NCBI GenBank assembly: GCA_945881835.1
Contig: CAMCVP010000005.1
Coordinates: 62,948-126,947 of the forward strand
From: Chryseobacterium gleum
Lineage (GTDB): Bacteria; Bacteroidota; Bacteroidia; Flavobacteriales_D; Sanyastnellaceae
Reading direction: 5' to 3'
DNA: 64,000 bases
This document shows, one piece after another, positions 28,887 through 37,899 of the stretch. Both the position numbers and the translations under genes were made by a program. The stretch's first letter is position 1; each line of letters opens with the position of its first letter. The notes beneath the pieces are model-generated. The model was given only the letters and a program-made list of their open reading frames with translations. It did no database searches and was not told the DNA's origin.

Positions 28887-31800
28887 TTAGAATTTACCTT
28901 GACTCCTTCTAACGTTCGAAAGTGAGTCGAACTTCGCTTGTCCAAGCACTTTGATTAACGAATCGCGCAATTTCATTTGCGCTTCCATTTGGTCTTTCTT
29001 TCCGCGTTCTTCTTTCATTAATTCAAGAAGTCCAACGTTATCTAGCGCTGCTTCGTGCGCTGCGCGCATGTTCTTAGCCGCCTCTGAACCAGGAACAAAT
29101 GCTTCCATGTCTTTCACCAACTCTTCGTTAACGAAGGCACTCATTTGCATTTTGCGCTCAATGGTTTTCTTCTCTGCTGGAGTTAACGATTCGTAGTAAT
29201 CGAGCATTTGATTGTTCAATGCGAATACACGCTCGGCCAATTTTGTTGCTGTTTGAAGATCTCCTGCTTTGAACAACAACTCTGCTGTTTGCCACATGAT
29301 TTGCGGTTGATCGTATGGCGCGTTCTTTTCAGGAAGAGCCGTTAACGACTTGTTCAACACTGCTGCTGCTTTGTCCATTTTGTTCTCAATGATGAACTGC
29401 TCTGCAAGGTTGTTCATTTGCATGCGCAAGTTGGTTACCATGCGGCGGTTGTTCTCATCGAGGTAGATGTCTTTCGTATCAATATTTCCCCATTGGAATT
29501 TATTCATTACGTTGTCGTACATCAACTCAGAGGCTACTCCTCCAGACATGTTATCGCGATCGAAATCGGTATGGTAAATTGGCGTTAATCTGTAAGCCAA
29601 ACCTTCCAGCTGGAAGTAAGGCTCAAGACCCATGTAGGCTTCTGAACCAGTAGTAACCGCGAAGTAGATTGGACGTTCCCAGTTGTTGTGAACGATTAAG
29701 TCCATAACCATCAATTGTGCTTTGGTAATGAACTGACGTGGGTTCTCACCGTCGTCATCCATTAATGCAAAGCTCATGGTGCTAACCAATGAATCGTTGG
29801 CTCCAACAAACTGACTGAACTTCGCTTGATTCTCTTTCGATACAGCATAAGAGAATTGGTAGTTCGGCATTACGCTGAATTTCTTGTAACCGAAATCTTG
29901 AATTTTCGCGTCGTCTAGACAGTAAGCCAATGCTTCTTCCAATGGCGTTAATGCCGTGTCTGAATTCAACACGATCAAATCGCGAGTTCCTTGACGGTAT
30001 TTGAATTCTGGAATTGAGAACGGCACTGGAGCGCTTTCGTATTGACGACGTTTCATTTGATCGATGTACCAATCGGTATTCAATAATGAAAGGTTCACCA
30101 CGCGAACATCGGTACGAACGCCTTCTACTTCTTGTGCATACCACAATGGGAAGGTGTCGTTATCACCGTTGGTGAAGATGATGGCGTTTGGTTGAAGTGA
30201 ATTCAAATAGTTTCTCGCCATGTCTATTCCTGTTCTGCGGTCTGAACGATCGTGATCGTCCCAACCTTGCGCTGCCATTAAAACCGGAGCAACAAGAGAA
30301 ACTAAGAATGCAATACCTGCCAATGCCGTTGAAGGAACATTCTTCAACATTAATTTCAACCAGAAGTATATGGCTGTTACGCCCAATCCAATCCAGATGG
30401 CGAAGGCGTAAAATGAACCTGCATATGCGTAGTCGCGTTCACGCGGTTGAAGTGGAGTTTGGTTCAAGTAAACCACAATTGCGAATCCGGTTAAAACGAA
30501 AAGCAAACCCACTACAATGAAGTCGTTTCTGTGACGAAGCAATTGATAAACTAAACCAAGTAATCCGATCAAAAGCGGAATCATGTAATACGAGTTGTTC
30601 GCCTTGTTGTTTTTCGACAATTCAGGAACGGCTTCTTGATTACCTAAGCGGGCTTCATCGTAGAAACCGATACCTGTCTTCCAGTTTCCGTCTACGAAAT
30701 CGCCATGACCTTGTGTATCGTTTTGTCTTCCTGCGAAATTCCACATGAAGTATCTCCAGTACATCCAATTCACTTGGTAACTGAAGAAATAGCCCATGTT
30801 TTCACCGAAGGTTGGCGTGCGCTTTAAGTCTTTCAGTTCAGCCCAAATTTTGTATTGTTGAACGTGACTTCCTTGGCTGCTGTACATACGTGGGAACACG
30901 TGTGTTTGCGCATAGTTTGGTTCAGTCGCCTTCTTCTCGCCTGTTTCCAAATACTCTTCCTTCACCATTAATTTCTGATCGGTGTTGTTGGAAATGTATT
31001 GCTCGGCTTCGAATCTGTTTTTGAATGAAATCACCAACTTGTTTTTGTTGTTGTCTTCACGCACACTGTATGATTTCACGTAAACTTCATTTCCATCTAA
31101 ATACGGCTTGTTGCGCACTTGAGGCGTGTTGAAGTATTGTCCGCGAAGAAGAGGACGATCACCGTACTGCTCACGATTCATGTATGAAACCAATGCGAAG
31201 AAATTGTTCGGTTTGTTCTCGTTCATTGGCGTGTCGGCCTGTGAACGAATAACTATTGTCGCAAAAGTGGTGTAACCAATCAAGGCAACAGCAACGCTCC
31301 AAGTAAGGGTGTTCACCGCTACCCATCCGCGTTTCTTCGAATAGATGATTAAAGCAACTAGACCGCCAATTAGAATTAATGCATAGAAGAATACCCCTGT
31401 GTTGAAAGGCATTCCAAGTGTGTTCGTGAAGAAACGTTCAAACCATGCTGCAATTTGAATCGACCATATTAAGATAACGGTTTGCATAAGGAACAACAGT
31501 CCCAAAGCAACACCAGAAGTAATGGCAACGCCTTTCCAAGAGAAGGTGTTCTTCTTGAAATAATACACAAAGCAGATTGCAGGAATAGCCAACAAGTTCA
31601 ATAAGTGAACACCGATTGACAATCCCATGAGGTATGCAATTAAGATAATCCAACGCAAGTTGCTTGGCTCATCTGCCTCACTTTCCCATTTCAATATTGC
31701 CCAGAAAACAACGGCAGTGAACAACGAAGACATCGCGTAAACCTCTCCTTCAACAGCACTGAACCAAAACGTGTCAGAGAATGTGTAGGCAAATGCGCCG

Positions 31801-32171
31801 ATTAATCCAGCTGCGAAAATGATTAGGTTCTTGTTGTCGTTTTTATCTCCGTCTTTGTCAACCATTTTCTTCGCGAGGTGCGTGATGGTCCAGAAGAGGA
31901 ACATGATGGTTGCTCCGGAAGAAACGGCTGAAAGTGAGTTGATCGCGTATGGAACATTCTCTACTCCAACGAATGCAGAAAATAAACGTGCAATAAGCAT
32001 GAACAAAGGCGCCCCTGGAGGGTGACCAACTTCTAGTTTATAAGCCGAGGCAATGAACTCACCACAATCCCAGAAAGGCATTGTTGGTTCGAGGGTCATC
32101 ATGTACACAGCGGTTGCTGCCATAAACATGAACCAACCTAAAATAATGTTTGCACGTTGAAACGAAATCAT
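28887..32171 (-). CDS. DUF2723 (TMEM260-like, GT-C fold) polytopic membrane protein with helical-repeat C-terminal domain
   Basis: The N-terminal block TLEPTMPFWDCGEFIASAYKLEVGHPPGAPLF is characteristic of DUF2723. There are many TM segments over the first ~650 aa, and the soluble C-terminus looks TPR-like. Confidence 0.75.
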   Translation of the reverse strand: MISFQRANIILGWFMFMAATAVYMMTLEPTMPFWDCGEFIASAYKLEVGHPPGAPLFMLIARLFSAFVGVENVPYAINSLSAVSSGATIMFLFWTITHLAKKMVDKDGDKNDNKNLIIFAAGLIGAFAYTFSDTFWFSAVEGEVYAMSSLFTAVVFWAILKWESEADEPSNLRWIILIAYLMGLSIGVHLLNLLAIPAICFVYYFKKNTFSWKGVAITSGVALGLLFLMQTVILIWSIQIAAWFERFFTNTLGMPFNTGVFFYALILIGGLVALIIYSKKRGWVAVNTLTWSVAVALIGYTTFATIVIRSQADTPMNENKPNNFFALVSYMNREQYGDRPLLRGQYFNTPQVRNKPYLDGNEVYVKSYSVREDNNKNKLVISFKNRFEAEQYISNNTDQKLMVKEEYLETGEKKATEPNYAQTHVFPRMYSSQGSHVQQYKIWAELKDLKRTPTFGENMGYFFSYQVNWMYWRYFMWNFAGRQNDTQGHGDFVDGNWKTGIGFYDEARLGNQEAVPELSKNNKANNSYYMIPLLIGLLGLVYQLLRHRNDFIVVGLLFVLTGFAIVVYLNQTPLQPRERDYAYAGSFYAFAIWIGLGVTAIYFWLKLMLKNVPSTALAGIAFLVSLVAPVLMAAQGWDDHDRSDRRTGIDMARNYLNSLQPNAIIFTNGDNDTFPLWYAQEVEGVRTDVRVVNLSLLNTDWYIDQMKRRQYESAPVPFSIPEFKYRQGTRDLIVLNSDTALTPLEEALAYCLDDAKIQDFGYKKFSVMPNYQFSYAVSKENQAKFSQFVGANDSLVSTMSFALMDDDGENPRQFITKAQLMVMDLIVHNNWERPIYFAVTTGSEAYMGLEPYFQLEGLAYRLTPIYHTDFDRDNMSGGVASELMYDNVMNKFQWGNIDTKDIYLDENNRRMVTNLRMQMNNLAEQFIIENKMDKAAAVLNKSLTALPEKNAPYDQPQIMWQTAELLFKAGDLQTATKLAERVFALNNQMLDYYESLTPAEKKTIERKMQMSAFVNEELVKDMEAFVPGSEAAKNMRAAHEAALDNVGLLELMKEERGKKDQMEAQMKLRDSLIKVLGQAKFDSLSNVRRSQGKF

Positions 32172-32207
32172 ATTCTTAATTTGAAGTGAGGCGAAGATAC
32201 ATTTTTT

Positions 32208-32606
32208 TTAGACGCGTTCTTGACACAATTCCACCAAAACTGAATTGCTACTTTTCGGATGAAGAAAGGCAATGAGTTTGTTGTCTGCGCCTTCTTTCGG
32301 AGCCTCGTGAATCATGGTGAAACCCTCGGATTTCAAGCGTTCTATTTCAGCATAAATGTCTTGAACTTCGAAGGCAATGTGGTGCATTCCTTCCTTGTTT
32401 TTTTCAAGAAATTTTGAAATGGCGCTATCCGGAGAAGTGGCTTGTAGCAATTCTATTTTTGACTCTCCAACTTGAAAGAACGATGTGATGACATTTTCAG
32501 ATTCAACACGCTCTTCTTTGTAGGGCTTAACCCCTAGTAGGGCAGAAAAAATTTCGTTCGAAGCAGCAATGTCTTTCACTGCAATGCCGATGTGTTCAAT
32601 TTTCAT
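32208..32606 (-). CDS. Methylmalonyl-CoA epimerase (VOC superfamily)
   Basis: MKIEHIGIAVKDI, HHIAFEV and the ~132 aa length fit the epimerase subfamily. Confidence 0.8.
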   Translation of the reverse strand: MKIEHIGIAVKDIAASNEIFSALLGVKPYKEERVESENVITSFFQVGESKIELLQATSPDSAISKFLEKNKEGMHHIAFEVQDIYAEIERLKSEGFTMIHEAPKEGADNKLIAFLHPKSSNSVLVELCQERV

Positions 32607-32613
32607 AAAACAA

Positions 32614-33051
32614 TTAATTATACAAATGAAGGTATCCCGTTACCGAGTTGTAATCGGCGTTGTACTGAAGCAAATTGTAGTTTGCTGGGCCGTTGATTAA
32701 ACTGCCGTCGGACAGCAACCACTTACTTCCTGAGCATGTATCAGAGATTGTCACGTTGTCTGAGTTCACTTGCACATAGCAGGGATTATCGGGATTGTGA
32801 GTGCTTCGCGCATCGAAGACAGAGAACACATCGAGGTCGTTTCTGTAAATAATGAGATCAACTGTATTCCCGTCGTAATACACCCATCCGGTTGGAACGG
32901 TTAAATCGAAAAACGCAGGTTCGAAAATATTTACGTTGATTGAAAACGCTATCTCATTGAGCATTTGACTTCGGTCTGTGCAGGAATGCATAGGAACGAA
33001 GAACAGACTCAAGAATAAAAATCCGGCGATGAACTTCTTCAACTTATCCAT
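32614..33051 (-). CDS. Small lipoprotein, possibly a degenerate Rieske-fold domain
   Basis: Lipobox PMHSC. The region ARSTHNPDNPCYV...DTCSGSKWLLSDGSLINGPANYNLLQY resembles the Rieske boxes CxH...CxxH...GPA...L..Y but lacks one Cys and one His ligand. Confidence 0.45.
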   Translation of the reverse strand: MDKLKKFIAGFLFLSLFFVPMHSCTDRSQMLNEIAFSINVNIFEPAFFDLTVPTGWVYYDGNTVDLIIYRNDLDVFSVFDARSTHNPDNPCYVQVNSDNVTISDTCSGSKWLLSDGSLINGPANYNLLQYNADYNSVTGYLHLYN

Positions 33052-33694
33052 TCAAAATATTTTTTTTCGATTCGGTTGGAACAAATTCTTTCATGTAGAA
33101 AGGCTCTATTTGCGCCATGTGCTCTTCAAATTTAGATGAAGAATTGGGTAAAAGTCCTACAAAATGTTTCGCGCTTGGAGAGACTGCTTTCACTTGATCT
33201 TCCTTTCCCAACAGATCATTCATTTTAAACGCAGCATCTCCCACAAAAATTGCCTTTTCAATTCTGAGATTGGCTCTCCATTCTTCATTCAGCGTGGCGA
33301 ATGACCAACTTCCATTTGAATAAACATAAGCGTCGTTTCTTCGCGCATCGATTAAAGCAACAGGCGTAAAATTCGTTTCACTTCCAACCAAATTAACCAA
33401 AAGTTCTCCTGTTGTAATGGGTACCATTCCAATGTTCAAGGCGTACGCTAATCCTTTAGCTGCGGTGACTCCGATGCGCAAACCGGTGTATGAGCCTGGA
33501 CCAATTCCAACTGCTATTCCAACCAAGTCTGAAGGTTTCAGATGGTTTCGATCAAGAATGTCTTTCATCATTTGGTGCAGTGCTTCCGCATGAACGAATT
33601 CATTTTCTTCTCGCTCAAAAAGATCGACAAGAACATTGTCTTTGATGAGTGCGACACTGCAATTCCGCGTAGCGGTTTCCAAACACAAATACAT
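33044..33694 (-). CDS. tsaB: tRNA t6A biosynthesis protein TsaB
   Basis: LCLETATRNCSVAL and GPGSYTGLRIGVTAAKGLA are canonical TsaB (YeaZ) motifs. Confidence 0.9.
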   Translation of the reverse strand: MYLCLETATRNCSVALIKDNVLVDLFEREENEFVHAEALHQMMKDILDRNHLKPSDLVGIAVGIGPGSYTGLRIGVTAAKGLAYALNIGMVPITTGELLVNLVGSETNFTPVALIDARRNDAYVYSNGSWSFATLNEEWRANLRIEKAIFVGDAAFKMNDLLGKEDQVKAVSPSAKHFVGLLPNSSSKFEEHMAQIEPFYMKEFVPTESKKNILNG

Positions 33695-34965
33695 TATTTC
33701 TTCTCCTCAAGCTTAATCTTATCTCCGTTTGAAAGTTCTTTCGATAAGAGTTCATACGGCCCCGTTACAATTTCTTCTCCTTCATTCAATCCGTTTGTAA
33801 TTTGAATAAATGTTCCGTCTTGAATTCCAGTTTGAACTTGTTTCATCTCAACCGTGTTGTCGGCTTTCTTCACGAACACCACTGTTAAAGAAATATTATT
33901 TTGAAGTGAATCCGCGCGTGTGGTCACAGCAGCTGTAGGCACCGAAAGCGCTTGATTGGCTTCGTCTGTGTGAATTTTCACTGTTGCACTCATGCCTGGC
34001 TTGAAGGGTGAATTATTCTCTGAATTTCCATTAACACTAGCATATGATTCTTTCACAATTTTCACCTTCACCGAAAAGTTGGTTACTTGCTCTGTGCTTG
34101 CTGCAAGACCTTGTCCTGAATTCAAAGCAGAAGAACCCACTTCAGTTACTACACCTTTAAACACTTGATCACTGAAGGCATCAATTTCAACGTCAGCGGT
34201 ATCGCCCACTTGCACATGAACAATGTCTGTTTCATTCACCTCCAAATCAATTTCCATTTCATTCAGAACAGAAACCTTCATGATCACATCTCCGCTCATC
34301 ATGTTGTTTCCAAGTACGGTTTCACCGAGCTCTTTAGCAAGAGCTGTTACCGTTCCTGAAATAGGTGCAACAATGGTTGTTCTTCTTAAGTTTTCTTGCG
34401 CTTCGCTCTTTCCAGCGTCGGCGCTTGCTATGGAAAAGTTTGCGCTGTGCACGCTCTCTTCAGCCGCTTCAACCTCTGCAACTGCCGTTTCTAATGCACT
34501 GCTTGCATTATCGTATTCAGCTTGAGAGATTGCCTTTTGCTCGATTAATTTTGAAAGTCTAGCAAGGGTTGTTTCTTGCAAACGCTTTTGTGCTTTCGCT
34601 TGCGTTAAGCGTGCTTTCGCGCTAGACAAATTACTTTTTGCTGTGTTCAATGAGGCTTCAGCGCGACTGAGTGCCGAGACATAAAGATCGGGATTGATGC
34701 GCACGAGTAACTGGCCTTTCTGAACGAAGTCTCCTTCTTTCACAGGCAGTTCAACAATTTGCCCAGAAACTTCCGATTGAATTTTCACTTCAACCGAAGG
34801 CTGAACTTTTCCGCTTGCCGCCACCACTTCACTCAAATCTCTTTTTTCCGACTTTCCAAGTGTAACCACTTTTGCATCACCAGAACCGAATACCATTGGC
34901 AATACAATGGCCGCAATAATCACAACGATTACTGAAATCCAGATCCATCTTTTTTTGTTTTTCAT
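33694..34965 (-). CDS. Efflux periplasmic adaptor (HlyD/MacA-type membrane fusion protein)
   Basis: N-terminal TM helix, a lipoyl-like segment (GQIVELPVKEGDFVQKGQLLVRI), a long coiled-coil hairpin and a beta-barrel domain. It has a 4-nt overlap with the TolC gene. Confidence 0.85.
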   Translation of the reverse strand: MKNKKRWIWISVIVVIIAAIVLPMVFGSGDAKVVTLGKSEKRDLSEVVAASGKVQPSVEVKIQSEVSGQIVELPVKEGDFVQKGQLLVRINPDLYVSALSRAEASLNTAKSNLSSAKARLTQAKAQKRLQETTLARLSKLIEQKAISQAEYDNASSALETAVAEVEAAEESVHSANFSIASADAGKSEAQENLRRTTIVAPISGTVTALAKELGETVLGNNMMSGDVIMKVSVLNEMEIDLEVNETDIVHVQVGDTADVEIDAFSDQVFKGVVTEVGSSALNSGQGLAASTEQVTNFSVKVKIVKESYASVNGNSENNSPFKPGMSATVKIHTDEANQALSVPTAAVTTRADSLQNNISLTVVFVKKADNTVEMKQVQTGIQDGTFIQITNGLNEGEEIVTGPYELLSKELSNGDKIKLEEKK

Positions 34966-36392
34966 GGTTGTGACATTAGAGGGACTCCCATGTAGAAGTC
35001 GATTATTTTCCGTTTAAAAATCCAGTCGTATTTACTTCGAACAAAGTTCGATTCTGCTTGCTGCAGGCGGTTGCGCGCATCGAGGTATTCAGACATACCC
35101 ACGACACCTTGATTGAATCGAAGTTCGTTCCAATCGAACGCAAGGTGACTTGCTTCCACGGCTTTTTCAGTTGCATCATAAGTGGCTTTTGCGCGAGTCA
35201 CATCGAGGTATGCTTTGCGCACTTCTTGTTCTAATTGCACTTTGGTTTGCTCTACCGTTAACTCATTATCTGCACGAGCCAATTCTGCGCGTTTGATATT
35301 CACGTCGTTTGAAAAGCCGTTGAACAAAGGAAGAGTTAAGCTGAAGAAGAGCGATTGGTTGACGTTGTCTCTCAGCTGATTGTTGAAAGGCTTGGTGGTG
35401 TAGTCGTCTACATTGTAAATGGCTTGAGGAAAAGAGAAGACGTATTGATTCGAGCCGAACACTTGTCCAATTGGAAAGGCCAATGAATCTGGAGACCCGG
35501 TTAACACCTTCGAAGCACCTGAATAACCCGAACCGTAAGAATAGCTCATACTTAGTCGTGGCGACATTCCGCCTTTGGCAATGTTCAAGTTTAAATTACT
35601 TGAAGCCAGTGATAACTCCGCCGACTTTATTTGTGGGAAGGTTGACAAGGCATTTTGAACACATTGCGGCATATCAGGGAGTTGCTCAGCAATGTTGAAT
35701 GCCGAAGGGTCAGCTTGAATGGAAAAACTTCTCTGCTCTTCCTCTGTTAACTGCATCAATTGTGAAATGTCTAGAATTGCTGATTGCACATTGTTCTCGG
35801 CCGAAATAACATTGGCTTCATCTGAAAGCAATTGCGCCTCAATGTCGCGAAGACTTCCTTCGGCGGCGCTGCCAGCATTCACTAAGTCTTTTATACGCTT
35901 AACTTGTTCCTTTGTGCGATTGAGTGTGAGTTCTGAAGATGCCTGAAGTTCTTTGGTTAACAGCACGTTCAAATAAGCAACAGAGACTTGAAGCGCCAAT
36001 TGATTGCGTTGGTAGTCGAAGGTGAGCATTTGCGCACGCGTATCAACTTGCGCCTTCTTGTATTGATTCACATTTTGCAAACCTGAAAAGAGGGTAACGC
36101 TTGTTGAGAGACCAAGGCTATTGCTCTGAATACGTTGAGTTGCGAACTGATTGGTGAACGGGTCAATACGTTGTCCCCAGTTGTATCCGTGTGAAACTTG
36201 TCCGTTTAGATTCGGAAGGAAATTACCCAATGCCTGTTCTTGATTCAACTTGGTTTGTTCTAATCCAAGACTGTTTCTCTTCAAGCCAATGTTGCGTTCG
36301 ATGGCTGTGCCGACACATTGTTGCAACGACCATTGCGCGTAAGAAATGTGACTTCCTAAAATGACTACGAAAACAAGGAAACAACGCTTCAT
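34962..36392 (-). CDS. TolC family outer-membrane efflux protein
   Basis: Signal peptide, two OEP repeats with the typical L..a...Al..N..l pattern (LQQCVGTAIERNIGLKR...), ~476 aa. Confidence 0.85.
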   Translation of the reverse strand: MKRCFLVFVVILGSHISYAQWSLQQCVGTAIERNIGLKRNSLGLEQTKLNQEQALGNFLPNLNGQVSHGYNWGQRIDPFTNQFATQRIQSNSLGLSTSVTLFSGLQNVNQYKKAQVDTRAQMLTFDYQRNQLALQVSVAYLNVLLTKELQASSELTLNRTKEQVKRIKDLVNAGSAAEGSLRDIEAQLLSDEANVISAENNVQSAILDISQLMQLTEEEQRSFSIQADPSAFNIAEQLPDMPQCVQNALSTFPQIKSAELSLASSNLNLNIAKGGMSPRLSMSYSYGSGYSGASKVLTGSPDSLAFPIGQVFGSNQYVFSFPQAIYNVDDYTTKPFNNQLRDNVNQSLFFSLTLPLFNGFSNDVNIKRAELARADNELTVEQTKVQLEQEVRKAYLDVTRAKATYDATEKAVEASHLAFDWNELRFNQGVVGMSEYLDARNRLQQAESNFVRSKYDWIFKRKIIDFYMGVPLMSQP

Positions 36393-36433
36393 AAATCTTT
36401 AAAATTTCCGAATATCACTAGACTTTCGGTATT

Positions 36434-36441
36434 CAAAGGTA
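36434..36441 (-). promoter_or_regulatory. Candidate -7 box (TACCTTTG) for the tolC operon
   Basis: Exact TAnnTTTG on the minus strand, 41 nt upstream of ATG 36392. Confidence 0.35.
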
Positions 36442-36453
36442 ACTGAAGTTCTT

Positions 36454-36687
36454 TTAATTCGCTTTGAAGAAATTCGCAATACGCTTTCTAAAAAAGACAA
36501 TGGCAAGAACAAGCAAAAGCGTATATGGAATGAGCATGAGGTAAAGGATTCCCGTATTCAATCCTTCAGCCAAACTTCCTGAAGTATTCTGGTTTGCTGT
36601 TTCGGCTGTTGCCTTACACATGGCGCATTGCGCATAGGTTGCGAGATTTAGCGCGAAGAAAAACAATACAACAAATAGCTTTTTCAT
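36454..36687 (-). CDS. 77-aa membrane-anchored CxxC miniprotein (last gene of the oxidase accessory operon)
   Basis: MKKLFVVLFFFALNLATYAQ / CAMCKA... / C-terminal TM helix ILYLMLIPYTLLLVLAIVFF. ATG 36687 lies 2 nt after the DUF420 stop; the track start at 36762 would overlap DUF420. Confidence 0.6.
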   Translation of the reverse strand: MKKLFVVLFFFALNLATYAQCAMCKATAETANQNTSGSLAEGLNTGILYLMLIPYTLLLVLAIVFFRKRIANFFKAN

Positions 36688-36689
36688 GT

Positions 36690-37232
36690 TCAATGGTAAT
36701 AAGGTGAAATCATGAAGTAAACAACGACTCCCGTTACCGCGACATAGAACCAAATTGGCCAAGTGTATTTCGCCAATTTCTTGTGAGCAGGAAACTCGGC
36801 AATTAAGGCACGGTAGGCTGTAAATAGGATGAAAGGAAGAATAATCGCCGCCAATACAATGTGTGTTGAAAGGATAATCAAGTATAATGGTCTTAATGAA
36901 TGGTCTTTCGGAAACTCAGTTTCTCCAGCGAACATGTGGTGCCCGATGTAGGTAACCAAGAACAGAACGCTTAAATAAATAGCTCCTTTCATTAACTTCT
37001 TGTGGGCTTCGAAATTTTTCTTCTTCACCGCAACAAGTGCTGCTACCAAAAGGATCGAAACTGTTCCGTTGATGAGCGCGTTGGCTTTCGCCAATAAATG
37101 CACATCGAATCCGAGATCAACGTTTGTGAATTTCAAGTAGCGCAAAGACACTACCACTAAGAATACAACTGCCGAAACGATATAGATTAACGTCTTCGCT
37201 AGTTTATCGTTCTTTTTCAATTCTGCTTTCAT
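36690..37232 (-). CDS. DUF420 family membrane protein (oxidase-associated)
   Basis: Four TM helices with two conserved His-containing blocks (HKKLMKGAIYLSVLFLVTYIGHH; HKKLAKYTWPIWFYVAVTGVVVY), in an oxidase operon context. Confidence 0.75.
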   Translation of the reverse strand: MKAELKKNDKLAKTLIYIVSAVVFLVVVSLRYLKFTNVDLGFDVHLLAKANALINGTVSILLVAALVAVKKKNFEAHKKLMKGAIYLSVLFLVTYIGHHMFAGETEFPKDHSLRPLYLIILSTHIVLAAIILPFILFTAYRALIAEFPAHKKLAKYTWPIWFYVAVTGVVVYFMISPYYH

Positions 37233-37236
37233 GGTC

Positions 37237-37899
37237 TTATTTCTTAAGTAACAAATGTAAATCTGTAAACAACTGATCTACCGCTTTTGTTGAAGTTCCG
37301 TCGTAATATCCTCGAATTTTCCCTTCTTGATCAATCAATGCGATTTGATCGGTATGAAAGAAACCTCCTTGAGCGGTATCTGAAGGGAAAGCCGTGAGTT
37401 TGTATCCTTCCTTGGCCTGCCAATAAATATCTTCTTCATTTCCGGTTACGAAATTCCAATTGGAAAAATCTGCACCCATGCGGTCGGCGTATGCTTTCAG
37501 GGCTTCTGGCGTATCGTTCTTGGGGTCTACGGTGTGCGAAAGGAAAACGACTTGGTCGTTGATGTTCTCTGATTTAACAGAATGTTGCAATCGCGTCATT
37601 TGAGACGAAAGCATGGGACAGATGCTAGTGCAGTTGGTGAAGAAAAAATCGACAACCGCAATCTTTCCAACCATGAAATCATTGGTGATGATTTTGCCAT
37701 CTTGATTGGTAAATGCAAACAAGGGTATTGGATCGTAGACTGTATCTGAGATGCCCTCTCCCTTCTCGTTGTATTTGATTTCAATTCCGAAATCACCGAA
37801 ATAGGGCAAAGTTTTTTCTTTCTGATCGGGTGACTTAACAGGATCAGTGCATGCCGCAAGTGCAACGAATGCCAATAAGAATAAACGATTAATAGCCAC
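37237..37899 (-). CDS. SCO family copper chaperone (Sco1/SenC)
   Basis: Lipobox LAAC, CxxxC in FFFTNCTSICP and a distal His in GGFFHTDQIALID. The apparent start is GTG, overlapping the upstream gene by 11 nt. Confidence 0.85.
   Translation of the reverse strand: MAINRLFLLAFVALAACTDPVKSPDQKEKTLPYFGDFGIEIKYNEKGEGISDTVYDPIPLFAFTNQDGKIITNDFMVGKIAVVDFFFTNCTSICPMLSSQMTRLQHSVKSENINDQVVFLSHTVDPKNDTPEALKAYADRMGADFSNWNFVTGNEEDIYWQAKEGYKLTAFPSDTAQGGFFHTDQIALIDQEGKIRGYYDGTSTKAVDQLFTDLHLLLKK

Noticed and set aside
36688-36762. Extended start (36762) for the small CxxC protein
   Set aside because: It would overlap the DUF420 gene by 73 nt. ATG 36687 gives a clean signal peptide start 2 nt after the upstream stop.
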